From a virus (taxonomy: Duplodnaviria; Caudoviricetes), in the IMG/VR virus record IMGVR_UViG_3300027991_000002, positions 11,208-75,207 of that record: a DNA stretch of 64,000 bases; one strand, 5' to 3'. Positions 55,978 through 64,000 of this stretch are shown one piece after another. Both the position numbers and the translations under genes were made by a program. A model generated the notes under the pieces. That model was given only the letters and a program-made list of their open reading frames with translations. It ran no database searches and was not told the DNA's origin. The first letter of the stretch is position 1, and the number at the start of each line of letters is the position of its first letter.

Positions 55978-58085
55978 ACAACTTGTCCTTCATATAAGTA
56001 ATCATCCAAGTCAGCAAATTGAACGGGCTTGTTCATCATCTCGTCTTTCTGTGCTGCCATCAAAGCATACCCTCCCGCGATAAACCTGTCGAATTTATTG
56101 GGCGCATCGTCAATCTCTGAAAGTTCGTGAATCAACTCTCTGTGCCTTTCTCTTAACCCGTTCACCTGAATATATGTTCTCCATAGGTTCATCAGTTGTG
56201 CAAAGGTTTTAGTTTGTGTCGAACTTCCTGCTTCAGTTTGTAACTTCTGTGTCTTGGGGTTGTAAGGATAATACAAGTACCCTCCGAATCCCCTGTTAAG
56301 AATGTACTCATTTATACCTCTTACGTTAGTTTCAGGAAACACCTGCACTCCGTAATATACACATACTTTCAAAACATCTTCATAAAATTCTTCTACTGTC
56401 GGTTGTCTAAATCTGTACGTGCAACAGAAAGTGTCTGTTTTGTGATTGACTCTTAAAATCTTTCCGTCATCAATAACTGGCACAACACCTTCTTCGTCAT
56501 ACATCCTGTCGAACTTCCTGTAAACACAAACACTGCCGTCCGAATGGTCTTTTGTTTTTTTCTCTCCGTGTAATGACTTGGAAAATGTATCGCACCCTGC
56601 CACTCCGAAATTAGTGTTTAAAGGATAACGTCCAACTCCGTCAAAACCCATCCTGTTGGCGTAAGCCGGATTCTCAAAAAGATAAGAAACTATGTACCGT
56701 CCGTTTTCGTCAGGGAAAAATTGTACTTGTTGGTCTTTAATAGTCCACTCGAAATTGCCTTGAATGGTTGTCGGGCAGTCAGCAGTTACTTTCCAAATAT
56801 ACGGCTCGTTCTTAGTTGAAATATAATAAGGAGCATAATGCTCTAATACTCGGTTAAGGTTGTATGTGTTGAAGTGAGATTGCTCTGATGTTATTGCAAA
56901 GGCATCGCGTAAATTTCTTGGGTGCTTTCGCCTGTACGATGCTCTTTCATTAGGTGGCAGTCTATTATATTCTTGTTCCCAAATCTGATTTGCTTTTTCT
57001 TCATCTGCTATACCGTATTGGTCGCGGAATCGCGCTTTGAAGTCGGGAAGAAAATATTGCATCAACATTGTTGTTCCTTCTATTCCACTTTGATTCCATA
57101 ATTCTTTCGCGCGTTGACCACCTTTCTTTTCCATAAACTCAATGGTGGAAGTGTAGATAGCTTTGCCTCTTGGTTTTTTTGTGTTCTGATTTATTAATGA
57201 TGGTTTTACAAATCCCCATGAATCAAAAATATCTACGTCATCGCCAGCCATTTTTCCGAACTCATCACGAACATAAATTTTTAATGTAGCACTATCGTAA
57301 GCATTTGCTGTTGAAGATGCGTAGTCAACCTGTGAAAACATTTGTGCTTTACGTGGTTCTTGTTCGAGAATTTTCATTTGTGAGTCCCAATCCATCATTA
57401 ACGCTTTTGCGGCTTCGCCTCTGCGAGTCGGGTTCTTGAAGTAAAGTGCATCTGTCGGGTCGTCAGAGTTGTCGAACTTCGGCTGAAAGAAGTACGGAAG
57501 GTTTCTCCATGCGTACAGAATATCGTTTCTAAAAAACTTATCCGCGTCTTTATCGGTCTTGCTCTGCATACCTCCGCGAACACGGAAATCTCTGAATACT
57601 TCGTAATATAATAAGAACGCGGCTTTTGCCGTTTTTCCGCCTTGCCGGTTCTCAATGTCAATCATCCCTACACACTTGTCATTTTTCTTTACCCACTCCC
57701 AATAATGAAAGTAATCGTGGTCGCTCATCCAAAACTGAGGGAAGCCAAATTCTTTTGTCCTCCACCATTTCAGATACATATAGTGCGCTCCGCTTAGATA
57801 AACTATTTTACCGTTGTTCATAAAATAGTGTCCGTGAGTTATTCTACGCCACTCCTCGTCTATGTATCCTCTCTTTCTGACATTATCCCATTTATGAAAA
57901 TTGGGAGGGAGCGGTTTTCTCCACCACATCTGCATACTCTGACTGCGGTTGTATCCTTCGATGTCTTTAAGCGGTGGCGGAGCAGGTAACGTAATCTCCA
58001 CAGGTGTCATATCCTCTATACCTTCAAAGAGAACTAACTTCTCGTTAAAGGTTGCGGAGTATTTATGGAATTTGCGTTCAATCAT
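55974..58085 (-). CDS. terL: terminase large subunit
   Basis: Walker A-like NRQGGKT; Walker B YVRDEFGK; C-terminal RNase H-like GCDTF and DRFIAGGYALMA. Confidence 0.9.
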   Translation of the reverse strand: MIERKFHKYSATFNEKLVLFEGIEDMTPVEITLPAPPPLKDIEGYNRSQSMQMWWRKPLPPNFHKWDNVRKRGYIDEEWRRITHGHYFMNNGKIVYLSGAHYMYLKWWRTKEFGFPQFWMSDHDYFHYWEWVKKNDKCVGMIDIENRQGGKTAKAAFLLYYEVFRDFRVRGGMQSKTDKDADKFFRNDILYAWRNLPYFFQPKFDNSDDPTDALYFKNPTRRGEAAKALMMDWDSQMKILEQEPRKAQMFSQVDYASSTANAYDSATLKIYVRDEFGKMAGDDVDIFDSWGFVKPSLINQNTKKPRGKAIYTSTIEFMEKKGGQRAKELWNQSGIEGTTMLMQYFLPDFKARFRDQYGIADEEKANQIWEQEYNRLPPNERASYRRKHPRNLRDAFAITSEQSHFNTYNLNRVLEHYAPYYISTKNEPYIWKVTADCPTTIQGNFEWTIKDQQVQFFPDENGRYIVSYLFENPAYANRMGFDGVGRYPLNTNFGVAGCDTFSKSLHGEKKTKDHSDGSVCVYRKFDRMYDEEGVVPVIDDGKILRVNHKTDTFCCTYRFRQPTVEEFYEDVLKVCVYYGVQVFPETNVRGINEYILNRGFGGYLYYPYNPKTQKLQTEAGSSTQTKTFAQLMNLWRTYIQVNGLRERHRELIHELSEIDDAPNKFDRFIAGGYALMAAQKDEMMNKPVQFADLDDYLYEGQVV

Positions 58086-58691
58086 TTAGTTCTTCATCAA
58101 CTCCTGTTTTCTTTCAGGTGTCAAATATTTGTAAGCAAACTCCTCATGGATTCCTTCTTCTTCTTCAAAGAAAAGTTCCGCCACAGGGTTGTCGCCTGAA
58201 AAGTATTTCTTTTTTAAATCCATGATTGTTTCAAGTTGGTCAAGCAATCCTTTTTTTAGTTTCTCTTTATCTTGCGCATCATGTAATGGCGAGTCATAAA
58301 TTTTATCTAATTGAATCAACGCAAGTGTTCTGTAATAATCGTCTGACAGAACTGCAAGGGTAGCTAATTCATGTCCTCCGATTAACCGACAAATCCTCAT
58401 TGCCAGATTATTCACTTCTTCATCCCGACAGTGAATCATGTCAATGGTTTCTTTGCTTGCGGGGTATTTTAATTCGTTTACTACTGCTGTTTTTCGTTTG
58501 ATAACATCGTCAAATTCCCTAAAGTAGGGTGAGTGCGGGTCGTAAACCAGCGTCACGTATTTCACTTCTTTTATGTGGCAGTTAAATTCGGAATACTTTT
58601 TAAGCGATGGATATTTTTCAATAAACTCGGATATGTCGGTCATGTTGTGAGCGACATACTTCATGTGCTTATAATCTTCCGATGGATACAT
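58086..58691 (-). CDS. possible terminase small subunit (201 aa)
   Basis: Helical protein directly upstream of terL; position only. Confidence 0.45.
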   Translation of the reverse strand: MYPSEDYKHMKYVAHNMTDISEFIEKYPSLKKYSEFNCHIKEVKYVTLVYDPHSPYFREFDDVIKRKTAVVNELKYPASKETIDMIHCRDEEVNNLAMRICRLIGGHELATLAVLSDDYYRTLALIQLDKIYDSPLHDAQDKEKLKKGLLDQLETIMDLKKKYFSGDNPVAELFFEEEEGIHEEFAYKYLTPERKQELMKN

Positions 58692-59383
58692 TAATGAAAA
58701 ATATAATTCTTACTGCAAAGATATTCAATATTTTTAAAGTCTTTTTCATCGGGCAACCTACGATATAAGTTAATTTCTTTCGCTGTCAGATTTAAAATCT
58801 CCATCATATAAAACGTGGCAGTAGAAACCGTATGAATGTTAGTAGCGTTCTCAATTACCATTCCCCAATCCAAAATAGTGAATCCGCTTATCGGTTGCAT
58901 CTCCACATTTCTTAATCCGTTGTCTATATTTATTTCTGCCTGTCCCGATAAATCATATCTGAAACTTTTGTTGATGAAATTGTATTCTTCTCCGTCACTC
59001 AGACCTAATACTTCGTAAAAAAGTTTTTTTTCATTCTCCCAATCTCTCTCCCATCTTAAATTTCTCCATGTTTCAAGTGGTAGTCCTGCGTATAGGTACT
59101 TAGAACGCATACAGTCAGCATAAGGAACATTTAATATTGAATCCGTAAACCGCAATGGAATCACTATTGCATTCTCGAACCTGTATTCGTCTTTGCGTGT
59201 GTAGTCAATATTTAATAATCGCTTATCCATAAATGTTACTTGCGGAAAATGCTTTTCAATAGGAAGTATATGTGTCATCACAGCCCATAATACCTTGTGT
59301 CCTTCTGAGATATACTTATCTGCAATCGGCATTTCAAATAAAAGGTCTCCGATTGTGTGGAATTGGTTTATGATTACTACCAC
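58691..59383 (-). CDS. GT-B-fold glycosyltransferase-like protein (230 aa)
   Basis: N-terminal QFHTIGDLLF (GT9-like); DWGMVIENATNIHTVST. Confidence 0.6.
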   Translation of the reverse strand: MVVIINQFHTIGDLLFEMPIADKYISEGHKVLWAVMTHILPIEKHFPQVTFMDKRLLNIDYTRKDEYRFENAIVIPLRFTDSILNVPYADCMRSKYLYAGLPLETWRNLRWERDWENEKKLFYEVLGLSDGEEYNFINKSFRYDLSGQAEINIDNGLRNVEMQPISGFTILDWGMVIENATNIHTVSTATFYMMEILNLTAKEINLYRRLPDEKDFKNIEYLCSKNYIFH

Positions 59384-60729
59384 CTGAAAAATGTACTGTT
59401 AGCTGGTGAGGGAGAATGTACTTCAATGTTTTTTATTTCATGTTCAGATTTTTTCTCTACTGGTCTCTTGGGGATATGTGGAAGGTCTGCATTTGTAAAA
59501 TCTATGTTGTATCCGTGAAAGCCAAATGCGCCATTATACTTTTTACCTCCATGATGCGCTGAGTTCCCCCATGCTTCGATAGAAAACCTGTTTGCTACTT
59601 CTTCGGGCGCGAATTTTATCTCAAGTTCTTTTTCTAACCTTTTGCGATGCAGTCGGCAAATCTGCTCATCTTCGGGAAAGTAATTTGCTATCAACGGGTC
59701 TTGAGCCACAATTTCCATTAAAACTTTTGACCTTAATGAAAAACCCCCGTTGCCTACATTCATGTTATCCTTAAACCACCATGTCGCACCGATATAATCA
59801 TATTTTAAAAACTCATTATCCCATGCTTTATAATTTAAAACATACCCATCATGCTGTATTAAAAGCAAATGCGAAGTTTCGACATATCTGTAAAGTTCTT
59901 TGATTACAAACTTACAGTATTCTTCTTTGCTTCGTATGTTTTTATCGGTGATTAATTTTACCGCTCCGAAGTTTATATTTCGTTGTGAAATGTCTGCGGC
60001 TTTTTTTAGTAGGTCAGGATGGATGGAATCTACTCCTATTAAAGTTACATTAAGTAAATTTATTTTTTCATCGAAGTCATCTGCCACATCCGGTGGTTCA
60101 ACCCCTGTGTGTCCCATCGATGACTTGAATCCGATGTGCTGAACTACACTTGGGCTTGTCGCGATTATCGGCTTGCCGTCTTTAAGTGAGTTGATACAAG
60201 TGTTCGCGTCCCAATTTCCAACTACCGATAGTGTCGGTAGCATCCATTTCTCGTATTCTTTTTTATTCATTAACATATTCACCCCGCCTACGCTTCTTTT
60301 TTTTATCCATCCTTTGCCGCGTTCAATTACAGGGTGTCTTTCTGCTCCGTTTAAACTTTTGGTTTCGCAGTTGAATCCTGTGATTATGTTTTCGGGAAAT
60401 TGGCGTTTTAAGTTTAGAAGTTTTTTGACGAAATCTTTTTTAACGAGCGTGTCTGAATCTAAGTTAATTGCAAATTCGCACATTTCAAATGCTTTCTCGT
60501 AACCATATTTTAGATTTAATTTTATCCCTTGATTTTTTGTATTAAGATGTTTTAATATAGGAATTCCTGTGACATTAAAATCTTCAAACTGTTTATTAGT
60601 GTCTTCGTCTGTGCTTGCGTCATTGATTAAAATGAGGAGAACATCGGACAGGTCGGCTTCGTGCAAACTGTTTAGGGTTTGGCGGAGTTCTTCGCTTCTA
60701 TTAAAACACGTAATTATTAACGCTGTCAT
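59377..60729 (-). CDS. GT2 glycosyltransferase fused to DUF5672
   Basis: IITCFNRSEEL, INDASTD, NLDSD; then LIQHDGYVLN, YDYIGATW, VGNGGFSLRS, PED, FGFHG. Confidence 0.85.
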   Translation of the reverse strand: MTALIITCFNRSEELRQTLNSLHEADLSDVLLILINDASTDEDTNKQFEDFNVTGIPILKHLNTKNQGIKLNLKYGYEKAFEMCEFAINLDSDTLVKKDFVKKLLNLKRQFPENIITGFNCETKSLNGAERHPVIERGKGWIKKRSVGGVNMLMNKKEYEKWMLPTLSVVGNWDANTCINSLKDGKPIIATSPSVVQHIGFKSSMGHTGVEPPDVADDFDEKINLLNVTLIGVDSIHPDLLKKAADISQRNINFGAVKLITDKNIRSKEEYCKFVIKELYRYVETSHLLLIQHDGYVLNYKAWDNEFLKYDYIGATWWFKDNMNVGNGGFSLRSKVLMEIVAQDPLIANYFPEDEQICRLHRKRLEKELEIKFAPEEVANRFSIEAWGNSAHHGGKKYNGAFGFHGYNIDFTNADLPHIPKRPVEKKSEHEIKNIEVHSPSPANSTFFRW

Positions 60730-60889
60730 TTCAATGAGAATTTTTGCTTTTCTTCGTCTGAAAGATTGTCAAAATTGGCAAGTCGGTTATTATTTTCTAT
60801 TATCCGCGCAAATCGCTGACAAGAAAAATCCCCTCTCATAAATATCTCGAAAGGAATTAAGAGGAACGACAAATAGTAACAACGCTTCA

Positions 60890-61069
60890 TCATGGCTTTA
60901 TTAATTCCATTATTCGTTCGGGAGTTGCCGCGCCAAGTTTCACAAGATTATCTTTTAGCAACTGAATTAATTCTTTCTCAAGAGGAGTTAATTCATGCGT
61001 CTGAAACATTGTGTTTTCTAATTTCAGAACTCCAAGTTGGAGGTCGTCAAGAATTGATTGTTGTAACAT
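60890..61069 (-). CDS. hypothetical protein (59 aa)
   Basis: Translated by hand: MLQQSILDDLQLGVLKLENTMFQ... Confidence 0.5.
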   Translation of the reverse strand: MLQQSILDDLQLGVLKLENTMFQTHELTPLEKELIQLLKDNLVKLGAATPERIMELIKP

Positions 61070-61079
61070 TATTTTGAGT

Positions 61080-61676
61080 TTATATAATTGCTAAATACTG
61101 CTTATGGCTTAAATTGTCTGCATATTTCAACTCCCCTTTATACGTTGGTTCTTTATCACTGAAAAATTCATCCACCGCTTTCTTTGCGCCTTTGGTACTC
61201 TCCCATCCGTAATCGTCAAATAACATGATGCCGCCTTTTACCATTCGAGGATAAAAGAAATTACAGGCATCCATGACGGAGTTGTAGAGGTCAACGTCTA
61301 TGTGGACGAAAGAAAAAGCTGCATCATTAAATTCATCAAATATTTGAGGAGACCATCCTTTTTTTAATGTTACATTTCCGTAATTATCGCTAAGATATTT
61401 TTGTATAAATGCTCCATCTGTATCTCGGAAATCACCTTCTTTATGAGTGTCATGTTCGCTTGGCTTTGGCAGTCCTTCAAAAGAATCAAACCCGAATACA
61501 TCTATCAGTTTATTTGATTTTGCGATACTTGCCAATAGTTCCAATGAACCGCCTCTATACACTCCAAATTCAGCCCAATAATTCGCCCCCTTTATTAAGC
61601 TCGCCCGATAAGCATACATGACGATGTTGGCTAATCTGCCGTCATCAATAAGGGAGGGGAGTGTTGTGAGTTTCAT
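61080..61676 (-). CDS. TylF/MycF-like sugar O-methyltransferase
   Basis: AEFGVYRGGS, FGFDSFEGLP, KGW, FVHIDVDLYNS, FDDY. Confidence 0.9.
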   Translation of the reverse strand: MKLTTLPSLIDDGRLANIVMYAYRASLIKGANYWAEFGVYRGGSLELLASIAKSNKLIDVFGFDSFEGLPKPSEHDTHKEGDFRDTDGAFIQKYLSDNYGNVTLKKGWSPQIFDEFNDAAFSFVHIDVDLYNSVMDACNFFYPRMVKGGIMLFDDYGWESTKGAKKAVDEFFSDKEPTYKGELKYADNLSHKQYLAII

Positions 61677-62415
61677 TTATCAGGTGTTTAAATTTTTCTT
61701 TGTTCTCTACTACATACTTGGGTAAGTCAGGTTCTTTCACTTCGATAGGAATACACCTTGCATCTCCGTTGTGCCAAAATATTTTTCTCTCGCTCATTCT
61801 GTCTTCGATGCGTTCTGTTTGTTGATTGTCCTTAGTATTTAATTCTGTGTGCGCGAATGACTTCAGTTTCTCTTTTATCTTTTCCGTCCCACCTAACCAT
61901 CCGAAATGCCATCCTGCGTGTTCGACAACTTTTCCTCTTGGCATCTTCACCCTTTCTTCGGAAAGATTTTTTTCTTTGAGATATTTCCACTTCCCTCCAT
62001 ACGCCCCGCTCCATCCCTGATATTCGGAAACAAAGTTAAGATAATAGTAGAAGTCATCCATCACAAAGTGAGTTATTTCTTCAACATTTATTTTTTCTAA
62101 TCTTGGAATTTCATCTGCATCTGCGATGATAATCGTGTCTTCGTCTTGGGCTATGTCGTTTAATATTTTGCTGATATAATTTCTCTGAAATCTTTCGCGT
62201 CCCCATGCGTCAAGTCCTTTGGGGAAATCAACTATTTTGTGAATGATGTTATACTTGGCAAAATCTTTTTTGTTCTCTTGGAAGTATAATGGTTTTGGTA
62301 AACCCGAATGAGTCAGGTTGCTTTCGACAAGAATATGAATTACACCCTTTAGTTCTTCGCATCTGATTTCAAGTTGCGCGAACTCATTGAAAAATGGAAA
62401 TGCGTCCCAAATCAT
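61645..62415 (-). CDS. GT17-like (beta-1,4-GlcNAc transferase family) glycosyltransferase
   Basis: DAFPFFNEF, LVESNLTHSGLPKPLYF, RERFQRN, IADADEIP, GWHFGWLG, KLKSFAHTE. Confidence 0.9.
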   Translation of the reverse strand: MIWDAFPFFNEFAQLEIRCEELKGVIHILVESNLTHSGLPKPLYFQENKKDFAKYNIIHKIVDFPKGLDAWGRERFQRNYISKILNDIAQDEDTIIIADADEIPRLEKINVEEITHFVMDDFYYYLNFVSEYQGWSGAYGGKWKYLKEKNLSEERVKMPRGKVVEHAGWHFGWLGGTEKIKEKLKSFAHTELNTKDNQQTERIEDRMSERKIFWHNGDARCIPIEVKEPDLPKYVVENKEKFKHLINETHNTPLPY

Positions 62416-63110
62416 AATAGCAGTAATGCGTGGTTATCGTTATTGTTCATCGCTTCAACAAAGTCTCCTTCTTTTATCTCTGCGGAAGCCTGTGCATTGA
62501 GAACTTTGTAAATCGGATAGATAGTGTCAGATATTTTTTCCATGTCGCTTTCGGACATATAAAGCGGGTGCATCGAAAGATAAATCTTGGGTTTGTACTT
62601 TTCAAGAAAATTTTTTGAAGAAGGTATAACAAACAATTCTGACCCTTCTATATCTGCCTTAATCAAACAAATTTCTTCGGGATTTATTTTGTGGCTTTCA
62701 ACATATCCTTCAAGCGTATCTGTTGGTGTTGTCTGCCTTTTTGTTCCTGTCAGTAAACTGCTTTCTGAATTTCCGAAATCATTACTCAGTAAATTTGTCC
62801 ATCCTTTTTTATCAGAGATAGCTACTTGGCTCGTTACAAAATCCATTTTATTGGCTTCTCTGTTTTCTACAAGTTCGCTCCATGCGGTGTCATCGGGTTC
62901 GATAGCGTAAACTTTTGCGCCAAGTAAATGAGCGTAAATTGACAAGACTCCATTCCAGCTTCCCAAATCTAAAAATACTTTTCCTTTTTCAATGTACTTG
63001 TCGAGTATATCAAAACTATAAGATTCCCATTTACCCGATTCAACCGTTTTCCAAAATGGGTCACGTTGGGAATACTTTATGGTATGACCTCTGAAATTTA
63101 TCTCGCTCAT
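62412..63110 (-). CDS. FkbM-family methyltransferase
   Basis: FLDLGSWNG, YAIEPD, LIKADIEGSE. Confidence 0.9.
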   Translation of the reverse strand: MSEINFRGHTIKYSQRDPFWKTVESGKWESYSFDILDKYIEKGKVFLDLGSWNGVLSIYAHLLGAKVYAIEPDDTAWSELVENREANKMDFVTSQVAISDKKGWTNLLSNDFGNSESSLLTGTKRQTTPTDTLEGYVESHKINPEEICLIKADIEGSELFVIPSSKNFLEKYKPKIYLSMHPLYMSESDMEKISDTIYPIYKVLNAQASAEIKEGDFVEAMNNNDNHALLLL

Positions 63111-63601
63111 TTTTCGGCTATAACTGCAAATGAATTATTCAAATCAACTCCTGTTGAAAATATATTTTTATACGCTCTGTCTTTTAGATAGTCAATAATA
63201 GTTTCTGCATTTAAATTGTGAATGTGCTTTCTGTTATTCCAACTTCGCCAGTACTGAGAATCGTAGTGCGGTAAATAAAGGAACAAAACTCCCTTGCTTT
63301 TTAACCGGCTTCCCCAATGCTCAAGTGCATCTACCCAGTTTGGAAGATGCTCTAAGCAATGTGAACTGAAAATAAAATCTACCATTAACTCAGGAAGTTT
63401 TAGCGCGTCTTGTCGTGGCTCTATACTTATATCCCATGCCATTGCATTTGGCAACTTCCATTCTTCTCTATTACATCCTAAATCGTACCCTACCCCTTTG
63501 CATACTTCAAGTGCGAATGGAATAATAAAACGAGAGGCATTGCCCGTAGCTTGCCACGCAGGGCAAGAGATTCCGTTGAATGAAATTAAGTCAATAGGCA
63601 T
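63107..63601 (-). CDS. class I SAM-dependent methyltransferase
   Basis: GYDLGCN, DFIFSSHCLEHL, LKSKGVLFLYLP. Confidence 0.85.
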   Translation of the reverse strand: MPIDLISFNGISCPAWQATGNASRFIIPFALEVCKGVGYDLGCNREEWKLPNAMAWDISIEPRQDALKLPELMVDFIFSSHCLEHLPNWVDALEHWGSRLKSKGVLFLYLPHYDSQYWRSWNNRKHIHNLNAETIIDYLKDRAYKNIFSTGVDLNNSFAVIAEK

Positions 63602-63999
63602 CAGTGTTGATTGTAAAAGTAAAGTGTTTCAAGAATAAATGCGCATCGCTTTCCCTTCAATACTTCTGCCATTTTTTTCCACCAAACAACATCTTCGTCT
63701 TTAGTTATGTCAGGAAATTCAACACATAATTCTTTCAGAATAGGTTGAATGTGCGTTATAGGTTTAAAGATACAATCAGGGAAACTTATCGGAGTTGTCA
63801 CCGCGCTTGTGCATATCATCGGGATAATATGTTTTCCGAATCTGAACTCTATGACAAAACCTACTGCCGCATTTTTGCCGTCAAGGTACTTGAAAATTTT
63901 ATCGAAGTAATTATAACTTGGCTCGTCATCGTCATCGAATGAAACAATGTACTTTCCTTTTGCGGCTTTGATTAATTCATTCCTTTTGTACCCAGTAGT
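63601..63999 (-). CDS. GT2-family glycosyltransferase (5' end outside the window)
   Basis: Open frame from the window edge: TTGYKRNELIKAAKGKYIVSFDDDD...DED...YFY; the track shows only its last 72 aa. Confidence 0.8.
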   Translation of the reverse strand, partial: TTGYKRNELIKAAKGKYIVSFDDDDEPSYNYFDKIFKYLDGKNAAVGFVIEFRFGKHIIPMICTSAVTTPISFPDCIFKPITHIQPILKELCVEFPDITKDEDVVWWKKMAEVLKGKRCAFILETLYFYNQH

Positions 64000-64000
64000 C

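Noticed and set aside
31196-58085. Stop-codon reassignment as in some crAss-like phages
   Set aside because: The long structural genes are intact in the standard code
1-64000. tRNA or rRNA genes
   Set aside because: None recognised by eye; tRNAscan-SE would be needed to exclude short tRNAs

Overview
About 64 kb of a tailed dsDNA phage genome that very probably infects Bacteroidota (TAnnTTTG-type promoters, A-rich translation starts, lipoprotein signals). The + strand arm (1-18.9 kb) holds about 50 small early genes, including an SSB-like gene and a PD-(D/E)XK exonuclease. The - strand arm (18.9-64 kb) runs from a glycosyl/methyltransferase cluster through terminase, portal, scaffold, major capsid, ring/tail proteins, three ejection-type proteins and tail fibre to the lysis genes, a podovirus, crAss-like gene order. 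No DNA polymerase, primase, helicase, tRNA, CRISPR or RT gene was recognised in the window. The standout feature is a phage-borne integron-like cassette array at 12149-18260. It has 11 attC-like hairpins (AAC...GTT, mostly with an extrahelical base), and the outer arm of each pairs with the neighbouring site, as excisable cassettes would. It ends in an attI-like site next to a GIY-YIG nuclease fused to an integron-integrase-like N-terminal domain with no catalytic domain. It departs from classical integrons in four ways: all cargo ORFs point towards attI; four attC loops are expanded to hold whole genes (site length up to about 835 bp); three ORFs read through attC arms; and cargo is bracketed by a recurrent AGCG-N1-4-GG motif. 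All protein family calls come from motif recognition by eye, not from database searches.
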